A DNA stretch of 64,000 nucleotides from Octopus sinensis (Eukaryota). Shown in pieces: positions 25,140 to 39,151 of the stretch. Numbering within the stretch: position 1 is the first letter of the stretch; the number at the start of each line of letters is the position of its first letter. Under the pieces are notes generated by a model. The model was not told where the DNA came from, searched no databases, and worked only from the letters and a program-made list of their open reading frames with translations. The position numbers and the translations under genes were made by a program. The stretch spans positions 91,388,001 through 91,452,000 of the forward strand of contig NC_043000.1 in assembly GCF_006345805.1 (NCBI RefSeq), in the 5' to 3' direction.

Positions 25140-25740
25140 TAACAGTTATGTTGCTGGTGGTGGTGGTGGTAATGGTGGTGGCAGCGGTGACAGTGGTTTG
25201 GTTGTGATGGTGGTGGTGGTGGTAATAATGATGATGATAACAATGATGATGATGATAATGATTATGATGGTTATCATTTTGCTGGTAGTAGCAGTAATGT
25301 TGATGTCGATAATGATGGTGATGATGGTGAAGGTGATAAAAATATCCATAACAAAAATAATACAAGAATAAAGAATTTTAAGAATTAGACTGACAACACT
25401 GATGACAATGACGATGATGATAGTGATGATTATGATGATGCTGATGATGCCGATGGCGATGGTAGTGATGGTGGTAGTGGTGGTGGTGGTAGCAATGATG
25501 CTGCTGATGATGATAACAGTGGTGGTGTTGGTTTGCTGGTGAGAATGTTGATGATGACAACAGTGGCAATGATGATGATGATGAGGATGATTATGATGGT
25601 GATGATGATGATGAAAGTAATGATGATAATTTTAAAGATGATGGCGATGATGATTATTATGATGGCCGTCAAGACTGGTCATAGATGATGATGATGATCC
25701 ATCATGAGTGATCATGATCAATGATGATGATCAATCAAAA
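25140..25740. repeat. (GAT/GGT)n low-complexity tract
   Basis: Direct inspection. Confidence 0.9.
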
Positions 25741-25904
25741 GTGATTTCAATCAATGGTGATGTGGTATAAAGATGGAAATCTTGATAACTTTGATAATGA
25801 CTATACTCATCATAGGCACAAGAGTGGCTGTGTGGTAAGTAGCTTGCTTATCAACCACATGGTTCCAGGTTCAGTCCCACTGCATGGCACTTTGGGCAAG
25901 TGTG

Positions 25905-26617
25905 CACTAAGTTTTAACATTCTAGCTCACTTTCACTGTTTACAGCAGTGCTTGGAAGGAAGATGTGTAGCGTGTGAACGTTGCATTGAACATGACAAAG
26001 AAAGTTGAGCAGAGAATTGGCATCAAATTTTGCCAAAAGCTTGGTGATACCTGCTCAGTGGCCTACGCAAAGTTTTGAAAAAGTTATCATCATTCTCGAC
26101 ACAATCAAAGAGATCTTATGCAACTGAAATCCAAGTGTCTCTTTGGTCAACTCAAAACAGTTTTGGTACAAACTTGGCAAATATGCATATCATATCTGAA
26201 TCTTTAGTGATAATGGACTGAACTGTAACTAATCTGAACGTCATCTGATGACTCACGGATGGTGATTCGACAAATTACCCTCACGGCTGCATGTACATCT
26301 GTGATATTTTTCTCTGTTCTGCTGGTTGCAGGTCTTCCAGAATGTTTATCAGTATTGACATGTTTTTGGCCATCTTGGAAACATCTGAGCGACATGTACA
26401 CTTGTGTGCAGCTAATACACTCCTCTCCATACACTTTCTGCATGGTCAATGCGATGATCACATGCTACACACCTTCCTTCCAAGCTTGGAAGTGAGCTAG
26501 AACATTAAAATTTAGTGTGCATGCACAGCAAAGTTCAGTGTGTGCCAAGGGGCTTTACTCTGCATGCTTTAACTTTGTTACTATTGTAACAATCCAGACA
26601 CTTATTGATCAGACCTA
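25905..26617. mobile_element. Internally deleted mariner made of two opposed 5' fragments
   Basis: Plus strand MTKKVEQRIGIKFCQKLGDTCS; minus strand MQKVYGEECISCTQVY...HSGRPATSRT...FAKFVPKL; TIR-like TAGGTCTGATCAATAAG at right end. Confidence 0.75.
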
Positions 26618-27221
26618 ATATATGTATATATACACAAAGGTTTTCTCTCAGTTTCCGTCTACCAAATCCACTCACAAGGCTTTGGTCAGCCTGGGGCTAT
26701 GGTTGAAGACACCTTGCCCAAGGTATCATATGGACCCTAGAACCATGTATTTGGGATGCAAGCTTCTTACCACATGGTCATGTCTGTATCTATATATCAA
26801 TGAAGTTCTAATTAAAACTTTAATGCTTGTCTTATTTACTTGTTACTTACACCTCATTCTGGAGTAACCTGTCACTCACTAGCATGTTGCCAAGGTCCAT
26901 GCGTGGGATGTGCACTCAAACTTCAGCAACGCCGCTGTTATGTGTATTTCTTTTAATTTTTTTCAACCATTGTTAGAACTGCTTTTGTCACTACTGTTAC
27001 TGCTACCACTCCTACTTCTTTTTGTCATTGAGGATACTAAAAATAAATAAATATATAAATATAGGTGCTGGCGAGGCTGTGTGGTAAGAAGCTTGCTTCC
27101 CAACCATATGGTTCTGGGTTCAGTCCTATTGCATGGCACCATGGGCAAGTGTCTTCCACTAGAAACTTGGGCTAGCCAAAGACTAGTGAGTGGATTTGGT
27201 AGACAGAAACTGAAAGAAGCC

Positions 27222-27258
<37 letters not shown>

Positions 27259-27264
<6 letters not shown>

Positions 27265-27597
27265 AGTTGTATACTGTCAACTACTTTATATATATTTCTA
27301 TTTTTGTAATCAGTGAATGTATTTCACTAGAATTCTTATATGTTTGCAAAGGCTAGATAGGCATCTCCAACTAGCAGGCCATGCTACTCCAGACTGATGA
27401 TGAGCAAAGACTCAGAAACTAATCTCTGGATGCAGAGTTAGCTGGGTAGAGGTGCTTCTCTCCCCCTTGCAAACATAAGGACATAGGAAATGTGTCAAGG
27501 CCGACAGGAAGCGTTGCTGCTTCCTAGGGCTAAATAGCAGTAGTATGATTCCCTTCATGGGACTGTCACATTAAGTTGACAGTATACAACTACTTTA
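27259..27597 (+). mobile_element. Insertion bounded by 24-bp perfect inverted repeats and carrying a minimal HHR (PLE-like)
   Basis: TAAAGTAGTTGTATACTGTCAACT (27259-27282) vs its reverse complement (27574-27597). Confidence 0.65.
27388..27430 (+). ncRNA. Minimal type I hammerhead motif
   Basis: UCCAGA-CUGAUGA-UGAG-caaaga-CUCA-GAAAC-UAA-UC-UCUGGA. Confidence 0.65.
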
Positions 27598-28648
27598 TTA
27601 TACCACTACTACATAAATCTCTCTAAGACATTTAGAAATGTATTATTTATATATATATATATATATATAGATATATATAATTATGTGTATATATTTGTGT
27701 GTGTGTGTCTGTGTTTGTCCCTCATCATTGCTTGACAACTGATGCTGGTGTGTTTATGTCCCCAAAGCTTATTGGTTTGGTGAAAGAGACCTATAGAATA
27801 AGTACTAGGCTTACAAAGAATAAGTTCTGGGGTCGATTTGTTCAATTAAAACCCTTGGTGGTGGTGCTCCAGCATGGCTGCTGTCAAGTGACTGAAAAAA
27901 GTAAAATAATAAAAGAATAAAAGATTACAAAAGAAATTATGTGAAAAGAGAAGAAATGAAAGGAATGAAGAAAAATGGCTAAAGATAAGTTACAAGCAAA
28001 TAAAGAAAATATAAAAAAAATATACAAGACAACAAGAAAGGAATAAGGGGGAAAAATACATTTAAATAAAATTTTACAAGACAAGCCTATCGTGAACAAG
28101 TTTGCTACTTGTATTCTAAGATGAATTAAATGATTGGTTGGTTCAAGTGTCTTTTTGTTTTGTTTTTTTTTATAAATGTTTATTATTTATTTTTGTTTCC
28201 TGACTTGAAAAGTAATTGCTTTCTCAAATTATTGGTGACAGATTCCGAAAGAAGTTAAAGTTTAAAGTTTGTAAATGCTCACACACACACACACACACAT
28301 ATATATATAAACATATATAAACATCTACATACATATAAATATAAACATATACATACATGCATACAAACATACATAGACACATGCATACATGTACACTCAC
28401 ACACACACGCACATGCACACTTATATATAAAAACATATATAAACATCTACATACATATAAATATAAACATATACATATATATGAATATATAAATAAGCAT
28501 ATACAAATATATATAAACATATACATACATGCATACAAGCATACATAGACACATGCATACATGTACACTCACACACACATGCACACGCACGCACAAATAT
28601 GCACACATAGCTACAAATACACACACATATACATATATATGTGCACAC

Positions 28649-28680
<32 letters not shown>

Positions 28681-29339
28681 GCACAGCACATACATATATA
28701 TACAGACACACACATATATATATGTGCATATACATACATATATGTACACACATACATGCATGCACACATGTATACAGACTCACACACACATGCATACATA
28801 GACACATATATGCATATGCATACATATGTACATGTATACATGCATACATAAGTACATACATATTCACATACACACATACAAACACACGTGTGTGTGTGCG
28901 TGTTTGTTCATAGAGAAACAAATAAAGAAAAATAGTACAAAGCTAGAATAAAACAAAAGCACATCTCTGGAACACTTATGAGCTGAACCTTCTCCATAGG
29001 AAATATTTACTGTTTCTAGTTAAGTTATTGTAGGGAGAGTCAAAAGCAGCTTTGTTATGTTGCTAACCTAACAAGAAAGAGACACACACAAGGTGCAGGT
29101 GGTGGCTGTGGTAGCAAGCTACATGTATGTGCACATGGGCCAGTGACAGCAATGGCTTGGTTTGGCTGTTTGAAAGAAAAAATACGATTAAACATGAAAA
29201 TAAAATATTAAAGAAAATAGTAAATTAGCGAACAACAGTTGAAAACAGAGAATAAATTGAAAAATTGTTAAGAGAAGGAAAGGAAATTTTAAACTAAATA
29301 ACTAAGAAGCAAATTTCTCATCTGGGTCTTTGCTCTTAA

Positions 29340-29361
29340 AAATAATAATAATGATAATAAC

Positions 29362-29432
<71 letters not shown>

Positions 29433-29655
29433 TAATAATAACAGTAAAACTGCTTCAAGCTCACACACCATCTGCCTCTAAATGGCTTACTGTCACACAG
29501 AAGTGCATCCCATTCTTCATAAAGTTTTCTTTGGTGAGTTTTCTCAAAGACAGCTCAATAGTGACAACAAGAACAAGAACAAGAACAACAACAGTAGCAG
29601 CAGTAGTAATAGTAGCAGGGAAAAGAACAGCAATGATAACTGTATAAACATAAAC

Positions 29656-29720
<65 letters not shown>

Positions 29721-29743
29721 TTAATAATAATAATAATAATAAT

Positions 29744-29776
<33 letters not shown>

Positions 29777-29881
29777 TAATAATAATAAATAATAATAATG
29801 TTGTTCATGATAATACTAATAATAATAATAATAATAATGTTGTTGATAATAATAATAATAATGATAATAATGTTGTTCATG

Positions 29882-29918
<37 letters not shown>

Positions 29919-29920
29919 AC
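29340..29920. repeat. (AAT)n-dominated microsatellite region
   Basis: Direct inspection; interrupted by about 130 bp of unique sequence. Confidence 0.9.
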
Positions 29921-30138
29921 GAATGAATGAAATTGTAACAGGAAGGAATAAGAATAACAAAACGTACTTTAAGTGTTAAGGCTTTATTTTCATGCATTTT
30001 TCATAGTGTTAATTGAATGTGTTATGTATGTTGGATTCTTTGTCAGCTTTGATGATGAGCAATTCAGCTGTTTGATAAACTACATGCATAGTGTTGAAAT
30101 TAATGCAAAAGAGGTTGAGTATTAGTCAGATAGGTGTA

Positions 30139-30345
30139 TGTGGAGGCACATGGCCTAGTGGTTAGAGCAGTGGACTCGCATTTGAGGGATCACGGGTTCG
30201 AATCTCAGACCAGGTGATGTGTGTATTTATGAGCGAAACAATTAAGCTCCATGTAGCTCTGGCAGAAGGTAATGGCGAACTTCTGCTGACTCTTTCACCA
30301 CAACTTTCTCTCACTCTTTCCTCCTGCATCTTGCAGCTCACCTGC
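30139..30345 (+). mobile_element. Family D SINE, 3'-truncated
   Basis: Collinear with 11394-11580. Confidence 0.8.
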
Positions 30346-30617
30346 GACGATGACGACGTTGGTGATCATGAGAATGGCAATGGGAATGACAATTAAGATA
30401 ATAGTGATGAAAAAAGATGACACTGATGACAAACATGATGATGATGATGCAGACAAGGATGGTGATGAAGACCAAGGTCATAATGTTGAGGAAGAATATT
30501 ATGAGGATGGTGATAACGAGGAGGTAATGTGATGATTATATCACTGTGATGTAACTGATGGCAACAATGGTGATGATGATGACGATGGCAATGATGACGA
30601 CAACGATGATGATGATA

Positions 30618-30663
<46 letters not shown>

Positions 30664-30888
30664 CGGTGGTGGTGGCAGTAAAAGTTATTTATGACCTTGA
30701 TGATAAAATGTAACAAAAAGAAATAATAAATGAATGAAATGTAGAACAAACAAACATTAAAAACAAGAATTTCAATTCTAAAGAGAAAATAAAACTATAA
30801 CACACAGACACACTCACATGCAAATAAACATACATAGATACAGACTGAGTAATACTAAAAAAAAATCATAGGCACATACATATCTGGG

Positions 30889-30932
<44 letters not shown>

Positions 30933-31113
30933 CACATATATAGATGTACATACATACATGTAAACATATTTGATTGTATATGTATATATATGTATAGATA
31001 TATAAATAAATATTTATACACACACATACACATACACACATATATATTTTGTAATTGTGTTGCATTGGAATGTATCTCTGTATGTTTATAGGCATGTATA
31101 TACATATGCATGT

Positions 31114-31172
<59 letters not shown>

Positions 31173-31420
31173 AATATATATATGTATATACATATACATG
31201 AAAACATATATGCATATATACATACATTCAAATATATAGACATCCATGCATTCAAATGCAACAACACGTACACACACACACACACGACATAAAACAAAAT
31301 GTCTTAAGGAGGTAACACCTACCATGAGTTAAATAATATTAATCATGGTGTTTACTAAGATGTCAATATAAAGTGGCATTTTGACTTCCTCAGCTTCTTT
31401 GTTGTCAGTGTTATTGTCAC

Positions 31421-31458
<38 letters not shown>

Positions 31459-31859
31459 CAGTTGTTGTTGTTGTGCTAACTGCTGCTGTTGGTCTGATTG
31501 TCTGTCTGCCTGCTGGGAACTTCAACAAAGCAATGGATACAGCAATTAGAGAGCAGTTATTTCATTGACATCCACCTATCATCTTACTGATTTATCTACA
31601 GTAAGAAATTGGAGAGTATATTTATATATACACATTTGCCTGTGAGTTGGTGTACCTGTATACACATACATGTGTATCTTTCTATATATATATATATATA
31701 TATATACAGTGTGGACCAAAAGTTACACACAAAATAATTTCAAATTGTTCCAGAATTGTTGAAGTCATACTTCAATTCTCATAAAATTGAATAAAATAAA
31801 TAAAATAATGATGAATACATATATCTACAAGATCAACAAAATGAATAATAATAATAATG

Positions 31860-31907
<48 letters not shown>

Positions 31908-32012
31908 GCAACAACAACAAGAATATAAATAAAATGTCAACTGCTTTGGTGCATTGACATTTGGCTTACCCTGATTATATATATATATATATTATGTATA
32001 TATCTCTAAAGT

Positions 32013-32230
32013 AATATGTGACAATTATTCAATAGCCAAGATAAAACTCTGAGTTTCGGATGCCGAGGTGGAAATCCACAACACCATCTTTTCAGTTATC
32101 TGGCCATCTCCAAGAGTTTTATCTTGGCTATTGAATAATTGTCACATATTATTTTACAGATAAATTTCCTCTATTTACATAATATTGAGGTCTCTTTCTT
32201 TCTTTTGTTATCTTACCGTTTTTACCAATA
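32013..32230. repeat. Short fold-back (38-bp perfect arms 32013-32050 / 32113-32150) around an HHR, PLE-like end
   Basis: Direct inspection. Confidence 0.8.
32035..32104 (-). ncRNA. Type I hammerhead motif with damaged core (CUGAAAA)
   Basis: GCCAGAUAA-CUGAAAA-GAUG...CAUC-C-GAAAC-UCAGA-GUU-UUAUCUUGGC. Confidence 0.55.
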
Positions 32231-32853
32231 TTATGTATTTATATATATAATATAAATAATATATAAATATATGCATGTATACATATATATACATACATAT
32301 ATATACATAGCTACATATGTATGTATATATACTTGCATAAATGGGTACAGGACATTGAAAAAACATAAGCAGAATGGGAAATGAGAACATAAAAAACTAA
32401 AACATAGAAATGGAACACTTTTCCGAACAACAAAAAAACAAGCAAATAGAGAAATGAGACATGCAACATAAAGAACGTTCCCTTCATCACTTGTCCCCTG
32501 TTTCATCTACTCTGCGTTTCGAAGGTAAGGACAATACATGACTTCGTTGAAACAGTTCCTCCCGCAAAGCAAATTAAATATAATTTGGGATTTTTGCGGA
32601 GGGTAAAAGTGGTAACAAAGAGAGGACAGTGAGAACAAGACAGTAAAAGCAAATGGTGAGGGCTGATAAGCCAAGACAATGTGAAAAATTATGAACACTG
32701 GAAGGATGAGCTATGAGAAGAGACAGGTAAAAGCACGTCTTGTCTTTATGAAGGAAGAGAAAGAAAGAAAACAGATTGTCTTTCATCATGTGCCAGTGAT
32801 GAGAGAGTCAAAGAGGGAGAGAGAGAGAGAAGGAACGGTGAAGGGGAGAGGAG

Positions 32854-32887
<34 letters not shown>

Positions 32888-34866
32888 CTGTGAAAAGGAG
32901 CTAAGAGAAAATAATCCAAAGGGGTTAGTGGCATGGACTTGAATAACAATGTCAATGAAAAGTGTGCTAAATGTCATATATCGTGACTTCTTAAGGTATA
33001 AAAATTCTCCTCTCACATAGAGAAAGAACAAGAAAATCCATAGATAATTGCTAGCACCTTTTAATGAGAAATAAGAATTTCTCAGTTGAATTAACAAGTC
33101 TTTAGTAAAAGGACTTGCACTTTGTTTTGCAGATAAGGACAGCTCCAGGTGGCTTTTGGTCTTCACTTGGATGTATTAGACAAGTTCTTTGTATATACAT
33201 GATATTCATGTATATGCTACATGGTCAACTGTCCATAGCCCATATCTGTTGAGTGACAAATATGGAAGAGGAAGTATAATTTATTAAACACAATATATCA
33301 AACAGTTATAGTATATATTTCATTACCTACTTATGGAAATTCTTCTCCTGACTGGTCAGTTCCTCTCAAACCATTAGAAGGTGGACATCTATACACAAAT
33401 CTAGGCAAAACGTTCTTTATATTCCCTCAACTAGAATCAAATGTCCGGATTTGAGAGACAAAAGAATTTTTAAGAGCTGTTTCGAACAATTAATTTAAAG
33501 CTTAGATATTTTTTTTTCATTTTTTAAAGTTAGCAATTTAGACTCAAGTTGACATAAGCATATTAAATTAACAACCTGCTAGTAAAAACCAACTTCATTA
33601 TTATCCATTTCAACATAATATTGTATTAGTTTAAGTGTAATTCTCTCTGTCTCCCAGTCTCCAGCTCTCTTTCTCTGTCTGTCTGCCTGTTTGTCTGTCT
33701 CCCTCTCTTTCTCTCCCTCAGTTTCATTACTTGATCCTTTAGCATAAAATCCTCAATAATTTTCTCTCTCTAGTGCAGTCGTACTTGACCTGGCAGTTAT
33801 TATACAAATCTTCCAATTTAATTTCTATTTTTGCTTTCCTTCAGAATTTCTAAACTGTAAACATAAGCTTCTGCGAGAAATAGGTTCATAAACTCGTTTT
33901 CCTTTTCTTTTTTTTTTTAATTGCATCATTTAGTACGATTCCATATTGCTTTTCCTTTTGGTATCATATTTTATATATATAAAAAAATAAAGAATACAGT
34001 ATAATAATGATAATAATAATGAGGATGATGTTGATGATAATGATGATGGTAATGATAATAAATAATAATAATAATATTAATGATAAAAACAACAACAAAA
34101 CAACAAAAACAAAACAACAATAATAATAAAATGTTAATAATGATAATAATATGAAACACATTTTTGTCAAAATATTCGTGAAGCAAGGCAATGGTTTTGC
34201 TGGTGAAAACCTAGCAGACACTATAAACTCTAGAGAACTAATAAAGGATTTGGTTATGTGCAAAAAAGATTTCTTTTTTTTTTATAATTTTGTTTATTGT
34301 GTTTGTTGGTTTGTTTTAAAGATTCTTTTCTGTACTACTAATCTTAATGATATGGGATAATGAATAACGATATTTTTAGAGTTCTACCACTGCCTCAGAA
34401 AGAAAGGTAAAAAGAAAGAAAAATGAAAGAAAAACAGAAAGAGGGAATGAAAGGTAGACAGACAAAGAGAAAGAAAGAAAGAAAATAACAACTGGAGATT
34501 ATTCAGCACTCAACAAAAATATTCCAAAGTTATCCAGATACCATTATAAAACTATTGGTCAGCCATTCTTATAACAACTAATTAAAGAGGAATACAAACA
34601 CTCCCATATACTCCCATATACTTCCATGTATACACATACACATGTTCACACATTTGCACACACGTGCGTGCACATGTATAGGCATATATACACCTTAAAC
34701 ATTGTTAAATATGTGAGTGTTACTTTGGGTTCTTCAGAGTCTATTGTTAAGTTACAATCTTAATAAGAAGTTTGTCATGCTTTCATTGGACTATTAAATT
34801 CATATACCAAGTTTCAATTGGCTTTATGTCTAACTGGTTTCATATGATGTGTGAGTGTGTGTGTGT

Positions 34867-34911
<45 letters not shown>

Positions 34912-35005
34912 ATATAAATAATATATAAATATATATTTATATATTATTTATATTATTATATGATCGAATGCCATGCATCCTTTTCAAGTAAGTTTTATCT
35001 ATATA

Positions 35006-35043
<38 letters not shown>

Positions 35044-35534
35044 TTATGAATGTATGCATAAACATATGTATGTAGTTGTGCATGTGGTATATATTATTAA
35101 GTGAAGCTGAAACTAGACCAATAATAACCCAAACCCATCTTAGTTATCTAAGTTATCTATGTGTCTGTATGTGAGTGTGTATATGTATATTTGAGTATCA
35201 TCATCATCATCATTTAACACATGTGTTCCATGCTAGCATGGGTAGGATAGTACCACAAGAAATGACAAGGCCGAAGCCTGCATCGGACTTCTGTGATTGT
35301 TTTGGCAGGATTTTTACAGCTGGAAGCCTTTCCTAACACCAACCATACAGCAGAGTGGACTTAGTCCTTTTTATGTGACACAAGCACAGGCAAGGATTTT
35401 GCAGCTGGATGCTCTTCTGAACAACAACCATTTTACAGTGTGGACTGGGTACTTTTAAGCAGCACCTGCACTGACAGGGTCACCAAGTACTTGCAAGACA
35501 AAAACTTTTAAGAGGGGCGGAGGCTATATATATA

Positions 35535-35770
35535 TATAGGAGCACTCCGTCGGTTACGATGATGAGGGTCCCAGTTGATACAATCAATGGAATAGCCTGC
35601 TCATGAAATTAACGTGCAAGTGACTGAGCAATCCACAGACATGTGTATCCCTAGCGTAGTTCTCAAGGAGATTCAGTGTGACACAGAGTGTGACAAGGCT
35701 GGCACCTTGAAATACAGGTACAACTCATTTTTGCCAGCTGAGTGAACTGGAGCAATGTGAAATAAAGTGG
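35535..35770 (-). mobile_element. Family E SINE, partial
   Basis: Homologous to 20560-20860. Confidence 0.7.
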
Positions 35771-35849
35771 AGGCTATGTTTTGCCAAATGGCAACACAGG
35801 TTTATTCCAGGGTATCTAATTTACATATTCATTGATAAACCCTATATAT

Positions 35850-36230
35850 CATAACTAGTACACATTACTCCATAAGGAGCATAAAACTGTGATCAAGATC
35901 CCATTCAGTGCGATCCTGGGCTATCTCCTTGATTTCAGATCAAGAGAGACCAATCCTCCACACATCCTTTCAAGTCTTCTTAGGTTGTTCAATTGTTCTC
36001 TTTCCTTTAGGGTGCCTGTTTAACTATTCTCTTGCAATGCTGCTTGGAGGTCTTCTTAGAATTTAATTGATTCAACCGCATTTCCTTTTTGAAATTCTTT
36101 GAATTTTGGGAGTTTGATTCGTTCTATCCCACAGACTTCTGTTTGAAATTTTGCCTGGCCATCACACCTTAAGGATATAGTGCAGATATTTGTTCGTAAA
36201 GTCTGTAAACTTGTTAAAAAATCTCTGTAG
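35850..36230 (-). pseudogene. Decayed RTE-clade LINE 3' ORF remnant
   Basis: FTNKYLHYILKV*WPGKISNRSLWDRTNQ...HPKGKR...EIAQDRTEW resembles the RTE C-terminus. Confidence 0.65.
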
Positions 36231-36800
36231 CATTGACAATGGAATGTAAGATGCAGAGTTAAATAATTGGGGATTGATATAATAGGAGAGAGAACTTCAA
36301 CCAGACTGGTTCCAAGATGGGAGATAGGGAACTGCTTTCCTGTGAGTTTTAATATGTTTATTAATCATATGAATAAAACATAACTGAACCATGCTGGTTG
36401 GTATTCTACTTTATATACACAAGATCTGAATGACGCTGATATTTTCCCTACTTATTGAGATTAAATATCACTTAAGCATTCTAACATCTTCCAAAAGTAC
36501 TTCGCATAGTATCCGTTCAACCAGCTGGGATAATGTAAAGGATTCCCTATACAGCTTTAAGGAAATCTGAAGCTGGAAGAGCCAATATTTATACTGGAAT
36601 GCTGAGAAGACTGCTGCTTAATCTATTTTCACATTGAGCCTAAATGTATATTTTGCAAACATTCTGTTCTAACACTATTTACAAATTTAATTGCAATAAC
36701 ACTGTTATAATGCTTCAGTTTATATCTACATACATAATACATACATATATGCACATATATATATGTGTGTGTGTATATATATATATGTATGTATATATCT

Positions 36801-37728
36801 CACGACCTTCGAACTTTAGGCCTCACTGAGGAAATGACCAGAGACCGAGACCTTTGGAAATATTCTGTACGTGAGAAGACCAGGCAGGACAAGTGAGCCC
36901 AGCCCACTTATGAATGCCTTTCCTCCCTTGGACACAAAGACCGGTTGAGGCAAGCGAAGTCGATATAGAACCTCATCCGACGACAGACACCCATCCCAAC
37001 CCCCCATGCTTGCGAAGACATGTTGGGGCAAGCGAAATCGAAATCGAAATCGAACAACCGAATTGAACCAGCCAGGATCCCTGGCCTGGTGGTACGTAAA
37101 AAGCACTATCCGACTCGGGGCCGTGGCACGTAAAATACTCCAATGCGACCGTACGACAGGCACCATGCCAACCCCTTTGCTTGTGAAGACATGTGGGGCA
37201 AGCGAAATCGAAATCGAAATCGAATTGAACCAGCCAGGATCCCTGGTCTGGTGGTACGTAAAAAGCACTATCCGACTCGTGGCCGTGGCACGTAAAATAC
37301 TCCAATGCGACCGTACGACAGGCACCCTTGCCAACCCCCTTGCTTGTGAAGACATGTTGGGGCAAGCGAAATCGAATCGAAATTGAACCAGCCAGGATCC
37401 CTGCTCTGGTGGTAGTAAAAAGCACTATCCGACTCGTGGCCGATGCCAGCACCGCCTCGACTGGCTTCCGTGCCGGTGGCACATAAAATACACCAATCTG
37501 ACCGTGGCCATTGCCAGCCCCGCCTGGCACCTGTGCAGGTGGCACGTAAAAAAGCACCCACTACACTCACGGAGTGGTTGGCGTTAGGAGGGCATCCAGC
37601 TGTAGAAACATTGCCAAATTAGACTGGAGCCTGGTGCAGCCTTCTGGCTTCCCAGAACCCCGGTCGAACCGTCCAACCCATGCTAGCATGGAGAACGGAC
37701 GTTAAACGACGATGATGATGATGATGAT
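36801..37728 (+). mobile_element. RTE-like LINE 3' end with about 2.7 tandem 163-171 bp repeats in the 3' UTR and (GAT)n tail
   Basis: HDLRTLGLTEEMTRDRDLWKYSVREKTRQDK*; GAAGACATG recurs at about 37014, 37185 and 37348; family B tail. Confidence 0.8.
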
Positions 37729-37898
37729 ACACACACACACAAAATATGGGAGTTTAATTCAAAGGTGATCTAAACGATTAGGTACGCTAGGTATGTGGGG
37801 TAAAGGATTACTAGGGCACCAAGGTTATAGCCGAGACAGTAGTTATGGAGCCATTTCAGATTTCTGATATATATATAATTAACAATTATATATATATT

Positions 37899-37930
<32 letters not shown>

Positions 37931-38009
37931 CGCACACATACACACATATGTATCTCCACGCATGCAAATGCACATATGTGTGTGTATGTAAATATATATA
38001 CGTATATAT

Positions 38010-38152
38010 GATGGGCTTCTTTCAGTTTCCATCTACAAATTCTATTTATAAGGTTTTTGTTGGCTTAGGCTATTATAAAAACACTTGCCCAAGGGAACTG
38101 AACTTGAAACCGTATGGTTGGGAAGCCAAGTTCTTACCATGCAGCCATACCT
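38010..38152 (-). mobile_element. Family A SINE head fragment
   Basis: Reverse complement of head and CORE block. Confidence 0.65.
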
Positions 38153-38166
38153 TGGATATATATGTC

Positions 38167-38213
<47 letters not shown>

Positions 38214-39116
38214 ATATATATATTTATTGATATATATATATATATATATATGTGCATGTGGGTGTAGATGTATATATATAAATGTATACATACACACATA
38301 TACATAGATATGCATACAAACATATATATGTATATATATGTGTGTATAAATATTATTGGCAAAAAATATACGAAGCCCTATCGTGATTTTAGTACATCTA
38401 AGTGCTAGCCAAAAATGCTAAGCTATTTTTTCGTCACATTTATTCTTTTATCACAAACCTTTGCATTTCATAAATTCTTACCTTATATTTCTGGCATTAA
38501 AAGGATATGAGAATTATGAAGCAGAAATTAAATCATGAAATTAAAGAAGCCTTTATAAAGATCTTCTTAAAAGTGCCCTTTTTTAGGAAACTCTCAATAT
38601 ATATATGCAACTTTTTTTTTTGTCATAGGGTCTTTATGGTTTAACTAAAAAGGACTAAGTGGGGATATATATATATATATATAGCATTATATATATATAT
38701 ATATAATATGTATATATATATATATATATATATAATATATGTATATATATATATGTGTATAACATATATATATATATGATGTGTGTGTGAGTGTGTATAT
38801 ATATACATATATGTATATGTATAGTCAATTCAAAAAAGCAGTGAAGAAAAAGAAATAGAAAAAATAGATGTGAGGACATAGGAGAAGCAATATATTAATA
38901 TGATGCTCGGTGAAAGAAGAGGGTTGTTGTTCTATGTTTCAAGCATATACGTACATGTGTGTGTTTATATGTTTATATCTATAAATATATATTATTTATC
39001 TTTTATCTTTTATACATATATTTTTGTATGTATGTAATTTGTATGCATGTATATGTATATACATTTATATGTATATATATATATATGTATATATACATAC
39101 ATACATGCATACATAC

Positions 39117-39151
<35 letters not shown>

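Larger units (their letters stand above)
27065..27910 (+). mobile_element. Family A CORE-type SINE split by an insertion in its internal (TA)n
   Basis: Head and CORE block 27065-27226, tail 27700-27910. Confidence 0.8.

Noticed and set aside
29498-29540. Possible 33-nt symmetric microexon (AG|AAGTGCATCC...TTCTTTG|GTGAGT; EVHPILHKVFF)
   Set aside because: Good donor but weak acceptor, and no partner exons or homology; needs RNA-seq junction reads.
32498-32555. HHR-like remnant (CUGUUUC/GAAACAG stem, GAAAC-GCAGA-GUA) on the minus strand
   Set aside because: Core 7-mer is missing or deleted; cannot be distinguished from chance in one copy.
33120-33400. Strong-looking acceptor TTTGTTTTGCAG and short frames on both strands
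   Set aside because: No convincing donor or recognisable protein; frames close quickly.
37003-37450. Tandem units resembling a CRISPR-like array
   Set aside because: Whole 163-171 bp units are duplicated with no unique spacers, no cas genes, and eukaryotic context.
36816-37570. ORFs of 100-194 aa on both strands
   Set aside because: They arise from GC-rich tandem repeats in a retroelement 3' UTR.
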